Virus record (IMG/VR): IMGVR_UViG_3300032116_000108
Span: 1-64,000 of that record
DNA from: a virus
Length of the DNA stretch: 64,000 nucleotides
Reading direction: 5' to 3' (one strand)
The position numbers were made by a program, and so were the translations under genes. The notes below the pieces were generated by a model. The model ran no database searches. It was not told where the DNA came from and saw nothing but the letters and a program-made list of their open reading frames with translations. Of the stretch, positions 48,601 to 57,283 are shown piece after piece. How positions within the stretch are numbered: the first letter of the stretch is position 1; every line of letters starts with the position of its first letter.

Positions 48601-49122
48601 ATCTGTTAATGCTATTTTAACATCAGGTACATAACCTCCAGGTCCCGCATTTGGTTTAACGGTAATGCTTATGGATTTAATACCTAACGCTTGCGTGTCT
48701 TCATAATTTCTAACATTTCTGAAAGCCCTAATTGTACCATCTTTTGTTTCAAATCTTTCCCCTGTTTGATTTGCACCTAGACCTTGTCTTGACCCTTTTC
48801 CTGTGAATTGATCTGACCAACTTGTGTCAAAAACTTTTTTCCCTTTTGGTTGTAGAAAATTTAATTTTTCAAACGAATCCGATTGTCCTTGTATTGTAGC
48901 AACTAAAGTATTTACAACAGGGCTATCAAAACTTTCCCCAACCGCCAATTTTGTTCTTGGTATTACTCTAGCCTCTAAATTTGCATAAAAAACTAAGTCT
49001 TCGTGTCTAACTAACCTATCTTGAACTTGATTTCCTATTAATACTTTATTAGGGTCGATTAGTATTATATTATCATAATCGGTTTCTATATAAATTTTTT
49101 CTTGCTGAAACTTATCTGCCAT
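42649..49122 (-). CDS. giant baseplate hub-like protein (gp27/gpD-type termini with large insertions)
   Basis: N-terminal LGIKSISI...VKIALTD and C-terminal VTSMGNAMIQP...GPYQILEVTHTI...FETKFNGVR resemble the hub fold. Probable start MADKFQ at 49122. Confidence 0.55.
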   Translation of the reverse strand: MADKFQQEKIYIETDYDNIILIDPNKVLIGNQVQDRLVRHEDLVFYANLEARVIPRTKLAVGESFDSPVVNTLVATIQGQSDSFEKLNFLQPKGKKVFDTSWSDQFTGKGSRQGLGANQTGERFETKDGTIRAFRNVRNYEDTQALGIKSISITVKPNAGPGGYVPDVKIALTDVGGKTLFEQGENSIYSTFFNLPYPQFYLTVKGFYGKAIRYTLFMTDFTAKFNDDTASFDIDIKLTSNLVSLLQDTSLTYAKTAPKMFPIIVAKGGTSNNAPGGSNTSIKNLDVDYLGRQILNQVYQEYENKKLISPGFPRLTIDQFIKNTDDFVTSIKQSIEKKDFIALNDIKSFREELNEIKDRNYTVLLSRYLDTTNYISYDDGKGPQIYYDFKQTIPLEKRNEIETAIKNEIKNSVEILQKNKTFGIGGFYTIGGKSFPSEIPVSFSEDELFVKITPDKLSDKDFINTYTIRYGRTPDQAELTDFKVQLFLVLQNAETRLDPTTNQPISTEPTYMKFGITDPNSQTLFPGGFLDRINNYQQQLTAKEQEIETKFSNELSDRVTKVDGTLGFKPTIRNIMAIIIAGCDTFYRLMDRTHRLAWDKRNDPLRIKSVIPAEKSSGIDSKNVVNYSTGKLNEQNVVYPWPTYYVQEKLQDGRESFVVRYLGDPKYASKTFAFDYATWPEVHFTENFLDATVRRASSSQQNVYQNLQNLQNFTTVNALEFPFNNKPYNSTTELSVMYELYERLYVLSNYSNILAKQFNPQSLQADTFVSHLEGQNIINAITENFTVQEKLKNTNFNYENAFNYLKTLANNGTADHWLNLERGIFNTPYLQNLTENSFGLYSKKSIDGYTLALENNDPLAPKFKQYVEETKQLDYAQDDFLSKSTINEKSLTFLDDIKVLARLKKNDYYTNILPYDRMDYIVNNSKKDILVNPTTNNPINNLIELKDYLSKGVENLNFTEKTYRDIPNYSGNVSSTQINSNINTPYFVNALQKGVELEKSGNTTTAYVALGYMYLNSYGSPLSYYYTYDKDFNYTDVIFSDNIISKLDEYEYSQILKIGSFYHRYKKYIETGEDILDGVINDFDFTKNYDPLSQNLEKIYKIKNYTGGSQDFICQYKKIDANDNTKYVDIINTGFYPKLISDVHYYFTGKDLFTGYTESEFTNAYTAGTLNIGVNKDASYFMPFGGDPNNLKRSIILNPYFSYLTFDKKYNIDAQNKIHILIPSNGGIPLNQAKFEFFKNDKLTYEILSSKELFNGSVRTLWGQPNYGYFSKTSNILENNIYLSPYQDLFEGNGLFYYFKSFRKEILDKFEELFLGFCKRNPEPKDVLILEDDVQDPSYFSSGGITSLKNRKLFDQMLSIFSVNDASSPLTKIQENNDGLSLATTQKKNNANTFREFLIENPIIFKNGNPLNFNRKLFTSLTTIPELKNLSPITFDPYVPGTLPGDGILTGPNALLTSRTLSQKNVDAWKSLQLHNYNGFGNADYISYNNTGSTITDFFIDMNIDFTKENVETCEELIKRYSLQKFYAISNGNSYNKTNFISYIDNLLQENLDTQKNLTNQVFQYMRDKIPGVSLQTNSNQGNVNGDINKLSTYIQLQTFNNRWTAGSDLLTRPLFEDFLFMNTANADIGDQLQFFLEDVTKYLKMEKNMTISDVIGHILDEDRTTLFYATPSFINFNGVLDAENYNKPTDIDIPNSLFGTFRNVNYLDSRQKFIFLYVGKTSEHPQLNDNRNVVYGDDSFDIRNPADCPISIPQTPETNFYKTNKVVAFNVDFGIRNQNMFKKFSVGMGGGKQTAVTFKVNERLAGGSSGDKVAQETQSMYSYYKSLSYNIDVTSMGNAMIQPLMYFNLRHIPLFYGPYQILEVTHTINESSFETKFNGVRIPKYALPDVDSISTFIKKNYLEKYKKEILKENNENRYQEDVETILDPSKQSNEPKTSPEEECDKLVINDYKTLPYVNNTITTISIGELVLKIKNKQPEKYVDALILLLLMSRPTNLFDNKPISAAEATTLTNDGIVSCINNNLFLLSANNLYVTNPALSKLTCVSFPEGAVPLFSFDDVDGGLETINGILGSTAPIIEAIKNSAKTTNPSLSDKDAYSTAISALLFAYDTKFLFTGTRTGQDIFDFYRQKIVSAEITPEYATYLFSLASICIDKF

Positions 49123-49429
49123 AATAAAATATATATGTGTCCACAGCGTTTTTGTAGTCTTGTAGTGCAGCAATCAAAGGAAAAGGTACAATAATTGCCG
49201 ATCCGTCAGGAATGTTTTCCTCTAAACCACCAAAAGACGGATTTGCCTGTAAAATTAACCAACCGAAATATGGTGTACCATATTTTTCAAAACTAAGCTT
49301 ATCGAGTCTAGATTGATTTTTTCTATATATAAATTTTTGGTCTGATGGTCTAGGTGGTAAAGTAACAAACGGAACAACCGTCTGTCTTCCATCTATTAAA
49401 AAACTTCTATATCTATCATAATACTCCAT
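49112..49429 (-). CDS. LysM-like baseplate wedge protein (T4 gp53 / P2 gpX-like)
   Basis: SRLDKLSFEKYGTPYFGWLILQANP...IPDG..IIVP. Confidence 0.75.
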   Translation of the reverse strand: MEYYDRYRSFLIDGRQTVVPFVTLPPRPSDQKFIYRKNQSRLDKLSFEKYGTPYFGWLILQANPSFGGLEENIPDGSAIIVPFPLIAALQDYKNAVDTYIFYYGR

Positions 49430-49430
49430 A

Positions 49431-52400
49431 TTATTTCATTTGTCTTTTTAAGTTAAAATAATCCCAAGTTGATTCAACATTTGACCAAATAGCTCTTAAA
49501 TTTTCATCATTTGGTGGTACAATTGGAACTTGTGATTCGTAAGTAAATTTTCTAAGCTTATCTCTATTATACGGTTTATAATTAAGTGCATTTTCTTCTC
49601 CAAAAAATCTTTTATACACCTCATCATTTGTGTATTTATCTTTGTAAGAAACCACTAATTTGTCAAAACTATTCTTTAATTTAGTGTATAATGTATTAAC
49701 TGGATTATTCGGATTGTAAACATTTGGTATATATAGATTTCCTTGAGGTCTAAATATAACTTTGAACCCTAAATTTTTAAATATGAAGTTTTTCCAATTT
49801 TCTTTTTGTACTGAACCATCAATAACTGAAATTATTTGATCAACAAAAAAATCGTAGTTACCTACTAATAAATCTCCCATAGTCATTGCAAATCTTCTAT
49901 CAAAAACCGAAACATCAGGAGCATCTTCATTATCTTCAATTTTGTTAACTAAATATAAATTGAATAAATAATCGCTATTATAAACATTTTTATCACCATT
50001 AGGGATTAATTGATAATTTTTTAGTATTTGATTAAAATCATTTAAGTCTGTTCTAATTTTTAAAAAATCGTTTTTCAACTCGTCGTAAGTGTTTGTTGCA
50101 CCAACACTTGATGCTTCAACTTCTGATGTTCCTGATATATTATAAATGTTAACACCACCTCTTTTATTTTCTCTACCGTCTATTTTGTTTGAAACAAAAT
50201 TAATTTTATCGGTTATTTTAATAAATTCTAATTGATTTTTTACTATGTCATTTGCAAATTTATCTAATTGTTGCTGATAAAGATTTTTTTGTTCGTCAAG
50301 TATTTCTTTAATTTTTCTTTTAATTTTCCTTATATCTTGATTTTTAAAATCTTTTTGGAACTCTAAACCCCCTAATATTGGTATTGTTTCATCATCAACA
50401 TCTTGGTTTGTTTTTTGAAAAAGGTCGTCTATTTTTTCTTGGTAATTAACTGGTTTTCCAATAATGTTAACCTTATTAGATGTATTACCACTTAAATAGT
50501 CAAATAAACCTTCAGAATATTTTCTATCTTTTGTTAAAATAATTAATCCTCCCCACCCTTTAACTATTATTGTATTTTGTATTGCCTGATTGAACCCATT
50601 AACCATGTCCGCAGTTTTATCAATCAATTGATTCATAACTTCTTTATAATTAATTCTACCTGAAATTAAATTTGTATTTATGTCCGCAAAACTTGATTCA
50701 ATTGTTCCGATAGTATCTCCAGCATCGTTTTGTCTTGGCCTATTAGGGTCTATGTCTCCTACCTCATCTTGTATACTTTTTAAAATTTCGTCATCTATTT
50801 CTTGTAAAAAGTTTTCAGTTTCATCCGCTCTATCATCATAAATTTCTGTATTAGCATAAAAGTTAAATGATAAACCATTTTGTAATTTAGCGATTGGTTC
50901 TGCTATTCCATGTCCACCAATAAAGTCAAAACTTAGTGTGACATTAGCCATCATTGGCTGAACTCCAATCCCTTCAGGATTCAAATCATATTTTAAATCA
51001 TCGTATTTTAATGAAATACTTCTAGGTACTATTTTAGTATGATAAAAATCTCCAATCCTTAAAACTAGAATTGGTGGGGAACCAAAAGCACTATTAAATG
51101 CGTCGTTATATTGTAAGGTAAACCCTCCTTGTCCGTTATCAACGGCGGTTGGTATTGTGTCTCCTGGTCTTACACACTGTTGTAAAAATGTAAGTCTAGC
51201 ATTTAAACCTTCAGGTGTTGTTGAATGGAATACTGGATGAAAATTTTTAAATTTACTTTTTATACCATCATAAACCATTGGTTGTTGTTCTTGAATCATA
51301 TCAAAATAGTTGCATTCAGTTAACAACTTTCTTAGTAGTCTTTTAGTTAAACCAGCCCTTAGTTTATTTGTTTTATCTTTAATTTGAGTAGTAACTACTT
51401 GTTGTTTTTTTATTTGTTCAGAAGGTGGTGTTGTGTTTTGGTCATCTTGACCTGCTTGTTCGTTTACTCCTGTACTTTCCGCAACATTATCAGTAGTTGC
51501 TTGGTCTTTTTTATTTTCTTCATTAGGTGTATCAATGTTCAAACCTGTTATTTTAACTCTTCTACATAACATAGCCTGTACAGAATATTTACCGTCATAA
51601 AAACCATCAACATTAAAATCTTTTTGACAATCAATATCTTTATATGTCGGTTCATCTATTGTTGCTACGTCTCCTTTAGCTTCTGATTTATAAGTTAAAT
51701 TACCGTTATCTAAATAAGTTTTAATTTTATCTCCACCAGATTCAAAATTTTTAATAAAATTTTCAACAGTTTTTAGTCTTCTTTCTGAAAGTGATTGATT
51801 ATCATTTCCGCTTGAATTTGCAGATGCCTCAATTTTAAAAAAAACTTTTTTACCTTGTTTCAAAGTAGATAATACTGCCGGTAAAAATTCTTTTTCTAAA
51901 GTTGTAAATTCTTTTTCACCAAAATCAAATACCCCTGATAATGAATCAACTCTAGCATCAACATATTCTGTATATGAAAAAGATTCGGTATTATTGGGTA
52001 ACGTGTCTATAAAATTATAATTACTAGATCCAGAACCCTTTCTACTATCATATTTAATTATTTTATCAGGAGCTTGTGATATTAATGGGGGGTCAACCGA
52101 TGGGTCTCCTAAATATAAATCTTTAGTGTCTTTACTATAAAGATTATCATAATAGGTTTTATAACTGTCTTCTGCTTTAAAATTGTCTTTTTTAGGTTGT
52201 GATTGTTCAAAAAGTAATATTATTTCTTTAAATTCTTCTTTTTGTAAAATATCTTCTTGCCCTTGGTTTTCATTATTATTTACTTGTCCTGTTTTATCTA
52301 TTTCCGTTGTTTTTGTTACTATAGGTTTTTGTATTGTTTCAAAATAGTCCCTATATTGTTCTACTGTTGATAATTCGTTTATTACTTCATAAACATCAGA

Positions 52401-55163
52401 TAGTGTGAACTCTCTATATTTTTTTAATAGGTCATAAATGTCGTATTTTAAGCATCCAGCAATAAACGAATCAACTATTCTCGTTACTTCACTATTATCT
52501 TTTACATTTTGTAGTTCTTTATCTAAAAGTAAATTCATAACAGATGAATGGTCAACAACCATAGACCAACTTATAGAACCTGTTCTTACCGTATTTTTAT
52601 ATGTTTTTATTGGTTCAACTCTACCTAAAAAAGTGTGGTCTTGCCAACTAGCGTTGGACCCTTCATCGAAGGATAAATTATAAGGTGGAAACCACATGAT
52701 TCTACCACCATTAGGTCCTATTTCACAAGCAGGTAAGTCCTCAACTCTGAAACCATTTCTATCCGATGTTCTCCAAGCTAAGTTTTCTAATGAAAACATA
52801 TATTTTTTTACCTTACCTTTATTATCCAAATTTGTCGATCCCTTACCTCTCATAGGTGCGATGTTCAAATTATATGTGTTATCTAATACAGAGTAGGTTG
52901 ATTTACCTCCACTTCTTATAAGGCCATCGGCCTTTTGTAACTCATTATATGTGTAGTAAGGTCTATCTTTTGTAAATAATCTACAATATTCATAACCCTT
53001 TACTTCGGATGGTTCACCGTTTGGTTTTTTAGAAGTCGGAGTTACATATCTGATAACTCTAGATCCTTTGGTTAATTCTATGTATCCATCATTAAAGACT
53101 TTAGAAACTTGATTAATCGCGTTACCTACGTGTTCTAATTTACGTGTAGATTTATTACCAGCATCTATTAATTTTTGTGTAATATCTAAAATAGAACCGT
53201 CAGTAAATGTAACGTTTGTGGATTTTGTTTTATCAAAGAATGGTTTAAATGCCGATGTCTCAAATAAACTATCGGTGTTAAATCTTGCTAAGATATTTTT
53301 TTTATTCGATGGTCCTACAAATGTTCCAGGTTCAATGTAATTATTTTTCGATATCCAAGTAAAACCCCCTTGTGGATCAACACTATCAAATAAATTTCTT
53401 GAGTTTAAACCAAAAAGAAAATCACTTATTCTACTACCTTCAAAATCTTTTCCTACTTCACCATAACTATAAACTGGACCATCCTGTGGTCTATTGTTTC
53501 TTCCTTTAGGTAAATCCACTTTAGGACTAACTAAATCTCTGATATAATTTTTAGTAATTCCAACATAAAAATTAGATTGTGGTGCCAATAAATTAGTGGC
53601 ACTTAAACCCGCAAATCTATAAGATGGTCTATATGTGTTATAAAATAATTGATCAAATAATAAACTTTTGGTTGCATCAGATGTATATGATAAAAACTTT
53701 TCAGACGCTTGGTCAATAAATAAGGAACTAATTTGTTGTGCTAAATTACCTACGGCACCAGCAACCGCACCAATAGGATTAAGGGCCGCTTGTGATAAAA
53801 AGTTTTTATTTGGGTAGTCGAAATATTCACCAGGTATTAACGAATATGGACTATAAAGTCCCGCAAGTCTTGCTGTAAAACTTAAAGCATTTGCAACAGA
53901 ATTTGGTCCTCCTGTTATTTTATAATTTTTTTGAACTATAGGTATATTATTTGTTACAATACCTAAAGCATCAAATGGGTCAGTATTTGGTCTAACCGAT
54001 GTTGTATTTGTTGCAGGATCAACTTCACCCGTAAAAAGGTTTGTCCTACCTACTGTTTGTTGTAATAATTCAAAAGCAACTCTTGCTTTAAATTCTTTTT
54101 GTAATTGTTTAGCCGCGAACTGAGCCAAAAGTGAATCTTGACTTAATGTTCCTTCAGATCCTGTTGGGTTTTCATTTTGAATAATATTTACAGGGTTATA
54201 CTCTGATGGTATAAAAGAGAAGGTAGTTTCGCTACTAACATATGGGGTGTTTATTGTTTCTTGTGCCAAATCTTCAACTGTAATTTCATCATAAGCACCG
54301 TCACCTGTGTTATATTTGTTTTTAATATACGCATAACTTTGTGATTGTTCTGTTGTTTTGTTCGGTTCAGATGAAAAATATTCATATTCTCCTTCATTAG
54401 TTTTTGTATTTTGATTTACATTTGGGTATTTTTCTTGATTTCCGTATCCATTTGGTAAATTTTCAGGACCATATTGGTTTAAAACATACGCCAATCTTCT
54501 TGATTGTTCTTTTGTTCTTTCTCGTTCAGAGGCGGTGTATTCGTATTCACCTTTATTTGCGTCAGTTTGTTTATTAATGTTAATAATAATTGTTTCACCA
54601 AAACCATTAACTTTACCCTCCGGCCCGTATTCATTTGCAAGGTATGAAATTATTTGTGATTGTTCTGTTGTTATGTTTGGTGCAGACGCAGTAAAACTAT
54701 ATTCTCCAAAATTACTTTCAGTACCCTTATTAACATTTATTATAATTGGTTCTCCAAATCCGAGTGATACATTTTCAGGATTAAATTTATTTAATACTCT
54801 AAGTAAATTTTCTTGTTGGTCTCCTTTTTGTTCTAATGAACTATTATTAGCAATTGATTGATTATATGCGTCGTATTCTCCAAAATTTGAAAATGCGTTT
54901 AAATTAGTGTTAATTGCTACCACTTCTCCAAATCCCCCTTTTTGTGAATACTTATTTAATCCAATTAACTCAGGTTCTTTTAATTCTTGATAGAAATTAA
55001 TTGGTGGGCTATCAATGATAGAATAATCAACAATTTGTATTTCACTAATAGGTAATTGTTCACTATAACTAAAATACCCTTCGACTTTATATGGTCTTAG
55101 GTTTCTTGTTATTAACTTTTTCCTAAAATTTTCTGTTGAATTAAATGATAGTGGGCTTTCCAT
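49431..55163 (-). CDS. 1910-aa baseplate protein: N-terminal repeats, tube-initiator-like domain, inserted OmpA-like domain
   Basis: FPPYNLSFDE...W....FLGRVEPIKTYKNTVRTGSISW and PPILVLRIGDFY...PMMANVTLSF flank IEASANSS..DNQSLSERRLKTV...CRRVKI. Confidence 0.55.
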   Translation of the reverse strand: MESPLSFNSTENFRKKLITRNLRPYKVEGYFSYSEQLPISEIQIVDYSIIDSPPINFYQELKEPELIGLNKYSQKGGFGEVVAINTNLNAFSNFGEYDAYNQSIANNSSLEQKGDQQENLLRVLNKFNPENVSLGFGEPIIINVNKGTESNFGEYSFTASAPNITTEQSQIISYLANEYGPEGKVNGFGETIIININKQTDANKGEYEYTASERERTKEQSRRLAYVLNQYGPENLPNGYGNQEKYPNVNQNTKTNEGEYEYFSSEPNKTTEQSQSYAYIKNKYNTGDGAYDEITVEDLAQETINTPYVSSETTFSFIPSEYNPVNIIQNENPTGSEGTLSQDSLLAQFAAKQLQKEFKARVAFELLQQTVGRTNLFTGEVDPATNTTSVRPNTDPFDALGIVTNNIPIVQKNYKITGGPNSVANALSFTARLAGLYSPYSLIPGEYFDYPNKNFLSQAALNPIGAVAGAVGNLAQQISSLFIDQASEKFLSYTSDATKSLLFDQLFYNTYRPSYRFAGLSATNLLAPQSNFYVGITKNYIRDLVSPKVDLPKGRNNRPQDGPVYSYGEVGKDFEGSRISDFLFGLNSRNLFDSVDPQGGFTWISKNNYIEPGTFVGPSNKKNILARFNTDSLFETSAFKPFFDKTKSTNVTFTDGSILDITQKLIDAGNKSTRKLEHVGNAINQVSKVFNDGYIELTKGSRVIRYVTPTSKKPNGEPSEVKGYEYCRLFTKDRPYYTYNELQKADGLIRSGGKSTYSVLDNTYNLNIAPMRGKGSTNLDNKGKVKKYMFSLENLAWRTSDRNGFRVEDLPACEIGPNGGRIMWFPPYNLSFDEGSNASWQDHTFLGRVEPIKTYKNTVRTGSISWSMVVDHSSVMNLLLDKELQNVKDNSEVTRIVDSFIAGCLKYDIYDLLKKYREFTLSDVYEVINELSTVEQYRDYFETIQKPIVTKTTEIDKTGQVNNNENQGQEDILQKEEFKEIILLFEQSQPKKDNFKAEDSYKTYYDNLYSKDTKDLYLGDPSVDPPLISQAPDKIIKYDSRKGSGSSNYNFIDTLPNNTESFSYTEYVDARVDSLSGVFDFGEKEFTTLEKEFLPAVLSTLKQGKKVFFKIEASANSSGNDNQSLSERRLKTVENFIKNFESGGDKIKTYLDNGNLTYKSEAKGDVATIDEPTYKDIDCQKDFNVDGFYDGKYSVQAMLCRRVKITGLNIDTPNEENKKDQATTDNVAESTGVNEQAGQDDQNTTPPSEQIKKQQVVTTQIKDKTNKLRAGLTKRLLRKLLTECNYFDMIQEQQPMVYDGIKSKFKNFHPVFHSTTPEGLNARLTFLQQCVRPGDTIPTAVDNGQGGFTLQYNDAFNSAFGSPPILVLRIGDFYHTKIVPRSISLKYDDLKYDLNPEGIGVQPMMANVTLSFDFIGGHGIAEPIAKLQNGLSFNFYANTEIYDDRADETENFLQEIDDEILKSIQDEVGDIDPNRPRQNDAGDTIGTIESSFADINTNLISGRINYKEVMNQLIDKTADMVNGFNQAIQNTIIVKGWGGLIILTKDRKYSEGLFDYLSGNTSNKVNIIGKPVNYQEKIDDLFQKTNQDVDDETIPILGGLEFQKDFKNQDIRKIKRKIKEILDEQKNLYQQQLDKFANDIVKNQLEFIKITDKINFVSNKIDGRENKRGGVNIYNISGTSEVEASSVGATNTYDELKNDFLKIRTDLNDFNQILKNYQLIPNGDKNVYNSDYLFNLYLVNKIEDNEDAPDVSVFDRRFAMTMGDLLVGNYDFFVDQIISVIDGSVQKENWKNFIFKNLGFKVIFRPQGNLYIPNVYNPNNPVNTLYTKLKNSFDKLVVSYKDKYTNDEVYKRFFGEENALNYKPYNRDKLRKFTYESQVPIVPPNDENLRAIWSNVESTWDYFNLKRQMK

Positions 55164-55203
55164 TAATATCTATTTTATATATAAATAGATTATTTTAAAT
55201 TTT

Positions 55204-57123
55204 TTAATAACCGAAGACACCTTTTTCTCCCATGATTTTTGGCATCTTAGAAAACTCTTCTCTAATTTTATCGGTTAATAATGTTGCGTTGTCTCCTTTT
55301 TCTAACATTTGTTTTAATGTGCCATCAACACCTTTAACTTCAATTACTATTGGGCTGAACTTAACTTCGGTGGTGTTATTTGTATTAACGGTAGTTTCTA
55401 CTTTTGCAAAAGTCTCACCCGGTGTTTTTGTTTGCATAGGTAGTGGTTTTGATGACATATCATTTAGTGCGTATGCGGTATCAAAACTTAGTTTTGCTTT
55501 ATTTAAAATCTCATTTAATCTTGGTGCTGCTAAAAAATCATCTTCTTTATCAAAAACCATTTTTGAAATGGTTCCTTTATCACCACTTATTAAGGTGTTA
55601 CTTTCAAACGGAGTTTCAGTTATCATATAATCTTTAGCAGTACCCGACCAACTTGTGTTTGCCATGTCCTGTTGCATTTTATCTTCTTCTGTTGCTGAAA
55701 CAGCTAAAATATCTTTAATATTTACACCACTAACAATTTTAGACATAAAATCACCCATTCCTACATTTTCTTGAATTCTAGCATAATATTCAGTAGATTC
55801 TTTCATGTTACTTTCTAAATTCTTCATGATTTTATTTTGTTCTGATGCATTCTGTGATAAAACTCCTTTATCACCAGTAAGAAGATAGTCATGTATTGCT
55901 CTAACATCTTTTGCTTGTTTTTCGGATATACTTAAATTTGACATCGCAATTCCTCTTTCATCCAACTTAGCCTTTTCCTGATACTCCTTTATGTTATTCA
56001 TTTGTGCAACCGTAGCGTTAGTTACATCTTCAATTTCACCTACTCCAGGTATGTTTAAACTAATTTTTCCATCTTTTATTTCTCCGACACTTTTTATTAA
56101 TTCTAATTGGTCTTTATCAAATTTGTTAGGCGTTAAACTATTAATTTTATCTTCAATAAATGATTGTTTTACTCTTTCTTGACCTATTTGCATTGCGGTG
56201 TCTAAATTACTACCCATTAATGTTGCTTGTTTTTCTAATCTCATTAATTCTGAAGGGCTTGGTGGTATGGGATTTCCGAGTTCGTCTAATTTAAATGCCG
56301 ATTCATATACTTTTAACATTTCATCCTGTAACCCTTGAGCATCATATTGTCCCATTCTCATAACTTCAAAGAAATTCCCTAACTTTCCTATTTCCCCACC
56401 ATACATTTGCATACCCTGAGATAATTTAACTGCTTGTTCAGGGTCCCATAATGTTTTAGCCAATTTAAGCGCACCGATACCATCAATACTAGTTCTTAAA
56501 CTAGCGGCTTCTGATGCCATTTGAGTTAAACCTTCAGAACTTAATCTAAATGTTTGTAGACTTTGTATATTTTTAGAGACATCATCAACAACTGTTTTTA
56601 CATCTAAACCTAATTTTTGAGCTTCATTAGTGATTTTTTGTATTTCTTTAAATGAATTTTCTTGAGAATTAAAAATTCTCATAAAAGTGGCCTCTGTTTT
56701 TATTAAGTCAGCAGTCGCCATACCCGTCGCTTTTGAATACTCGATTTGATCCATCAAGAGTCTCTGTGTTGGGACAACCGCCTTATTTAATGCACTACTT
56801 GTTTCACCAGCGGCGGTTGTTATTTCTGAAATATTGACACCTAACTGATCTAATCCCTCACCTAACTGCGTTGTTCCAACATAAGCGTCAGTAATATATT
56901 TTTGAAACGCATTACTGTTTATTACAACACCGTCTGTAATTTCTCTTTGTTTTTTTATTGTGGTGTCTTGTATTTCAACTAATCCCTTTACCGCATTTGA
57001 TAATGCGTTCTGTAAATATGTTGCTTCTTCTAGCGCGGTTTTTGCCTGTGAGGCACTAGAAAAAACACTCTTACCGGCAGCTCCGGCACCTAGATTAGTT
57101 GGTATAGTGTCTGATAAAAACAT
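55204..57123 (-). CDS. tape-measure-like protein
   Basis: Helical Ala/Gln/Lys/Met-rich sequence; lies after the tube and chaperone genes and before the baseplate hub genes. Confidence 0.6.
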   Translation of the reverse strand: MFLSDTIPTNLGAGAAGKSVFSSASQAKTALEEATYLQNALSNAVKGLVEIQDTTIKKQREITDGVVINSNAFQKYITDAYVGTTQLGEGLDQLGVNISEITTAAGETSSALNKAVVPTQRLLMDQIEYSKATGMATADLIKTEATFMRIFNSQENSFKEIQKITNEAQKLGLDVKTVVDDVSKNIQSLQTFRLSSEGLTQMASEAASLRTSIDGIGALKLAKTLWDPEQAVKLSQGMQMYGGEIGKLGNFFEVMRMGQYDAQGLQDEMLKVYESAFKLDELGNPIPPSPSELMRLEKQATLMGSNLDTAMQIGQERVKQSFIEDKINSLTPNKFDKDQLELIKSVGEIKDGKISLNIPGVGEIEDVTNATVAQMNNIKEYQEKAKLDERGIAMSNLSISEKQAKDVRAIHDYLLTGDKGVLSQNASEQNKIMKNLESNMKESTEYYARIQENVGMGDFMSKIVSGVNIKDILAVSATEEDKMQQDMANTSWSGTAKDYMITETPFESNTLISGDKGTISKMVFDKEDDFLAAPRLNEILNKAKLSFDTAYALNDMSSKPLPMQTKTPGETFAKVETTVNTNNTTEVKFSPIVIEVKGVDGTLKQMLEKGDNATLLTDKIREEFSKMPKIMGEKGVFGY

Positions 57124-57147
57124 AACTTTATTTTATAAATAGAGGAA

Positions 57148-57270
57148 TTATTTTTTTTCGTATTCAGTATACAACTTATCCATGAAATATCTTCTTTCAA
57201 AACTTGGCATAATTAAAATATCCGAATACGAAAAATTTCCGTATTTAGTAAGATAATAAAATTCGTCCAT
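57148..57270 (-). CDS. tail-assembly chaperone second segment (lambda T / gp51-like), 40 aa from ATG; probably reached by frameshift
   Basis: Not in the track: MDEFYYLTKYGNFSYSDILIMPSFERRYFMDKLYTEYEKK. The frame stays open upstream to 57327 and overlaps the chaperone 3' end. Confidence 0.7.
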   Translation of the reverse strand: MDEFYYLTKYGNFSYSDILIMPSFERRYFMDKLYTEYEKK

Positions 57271-57283
57271 TAAATTTTTCTTA

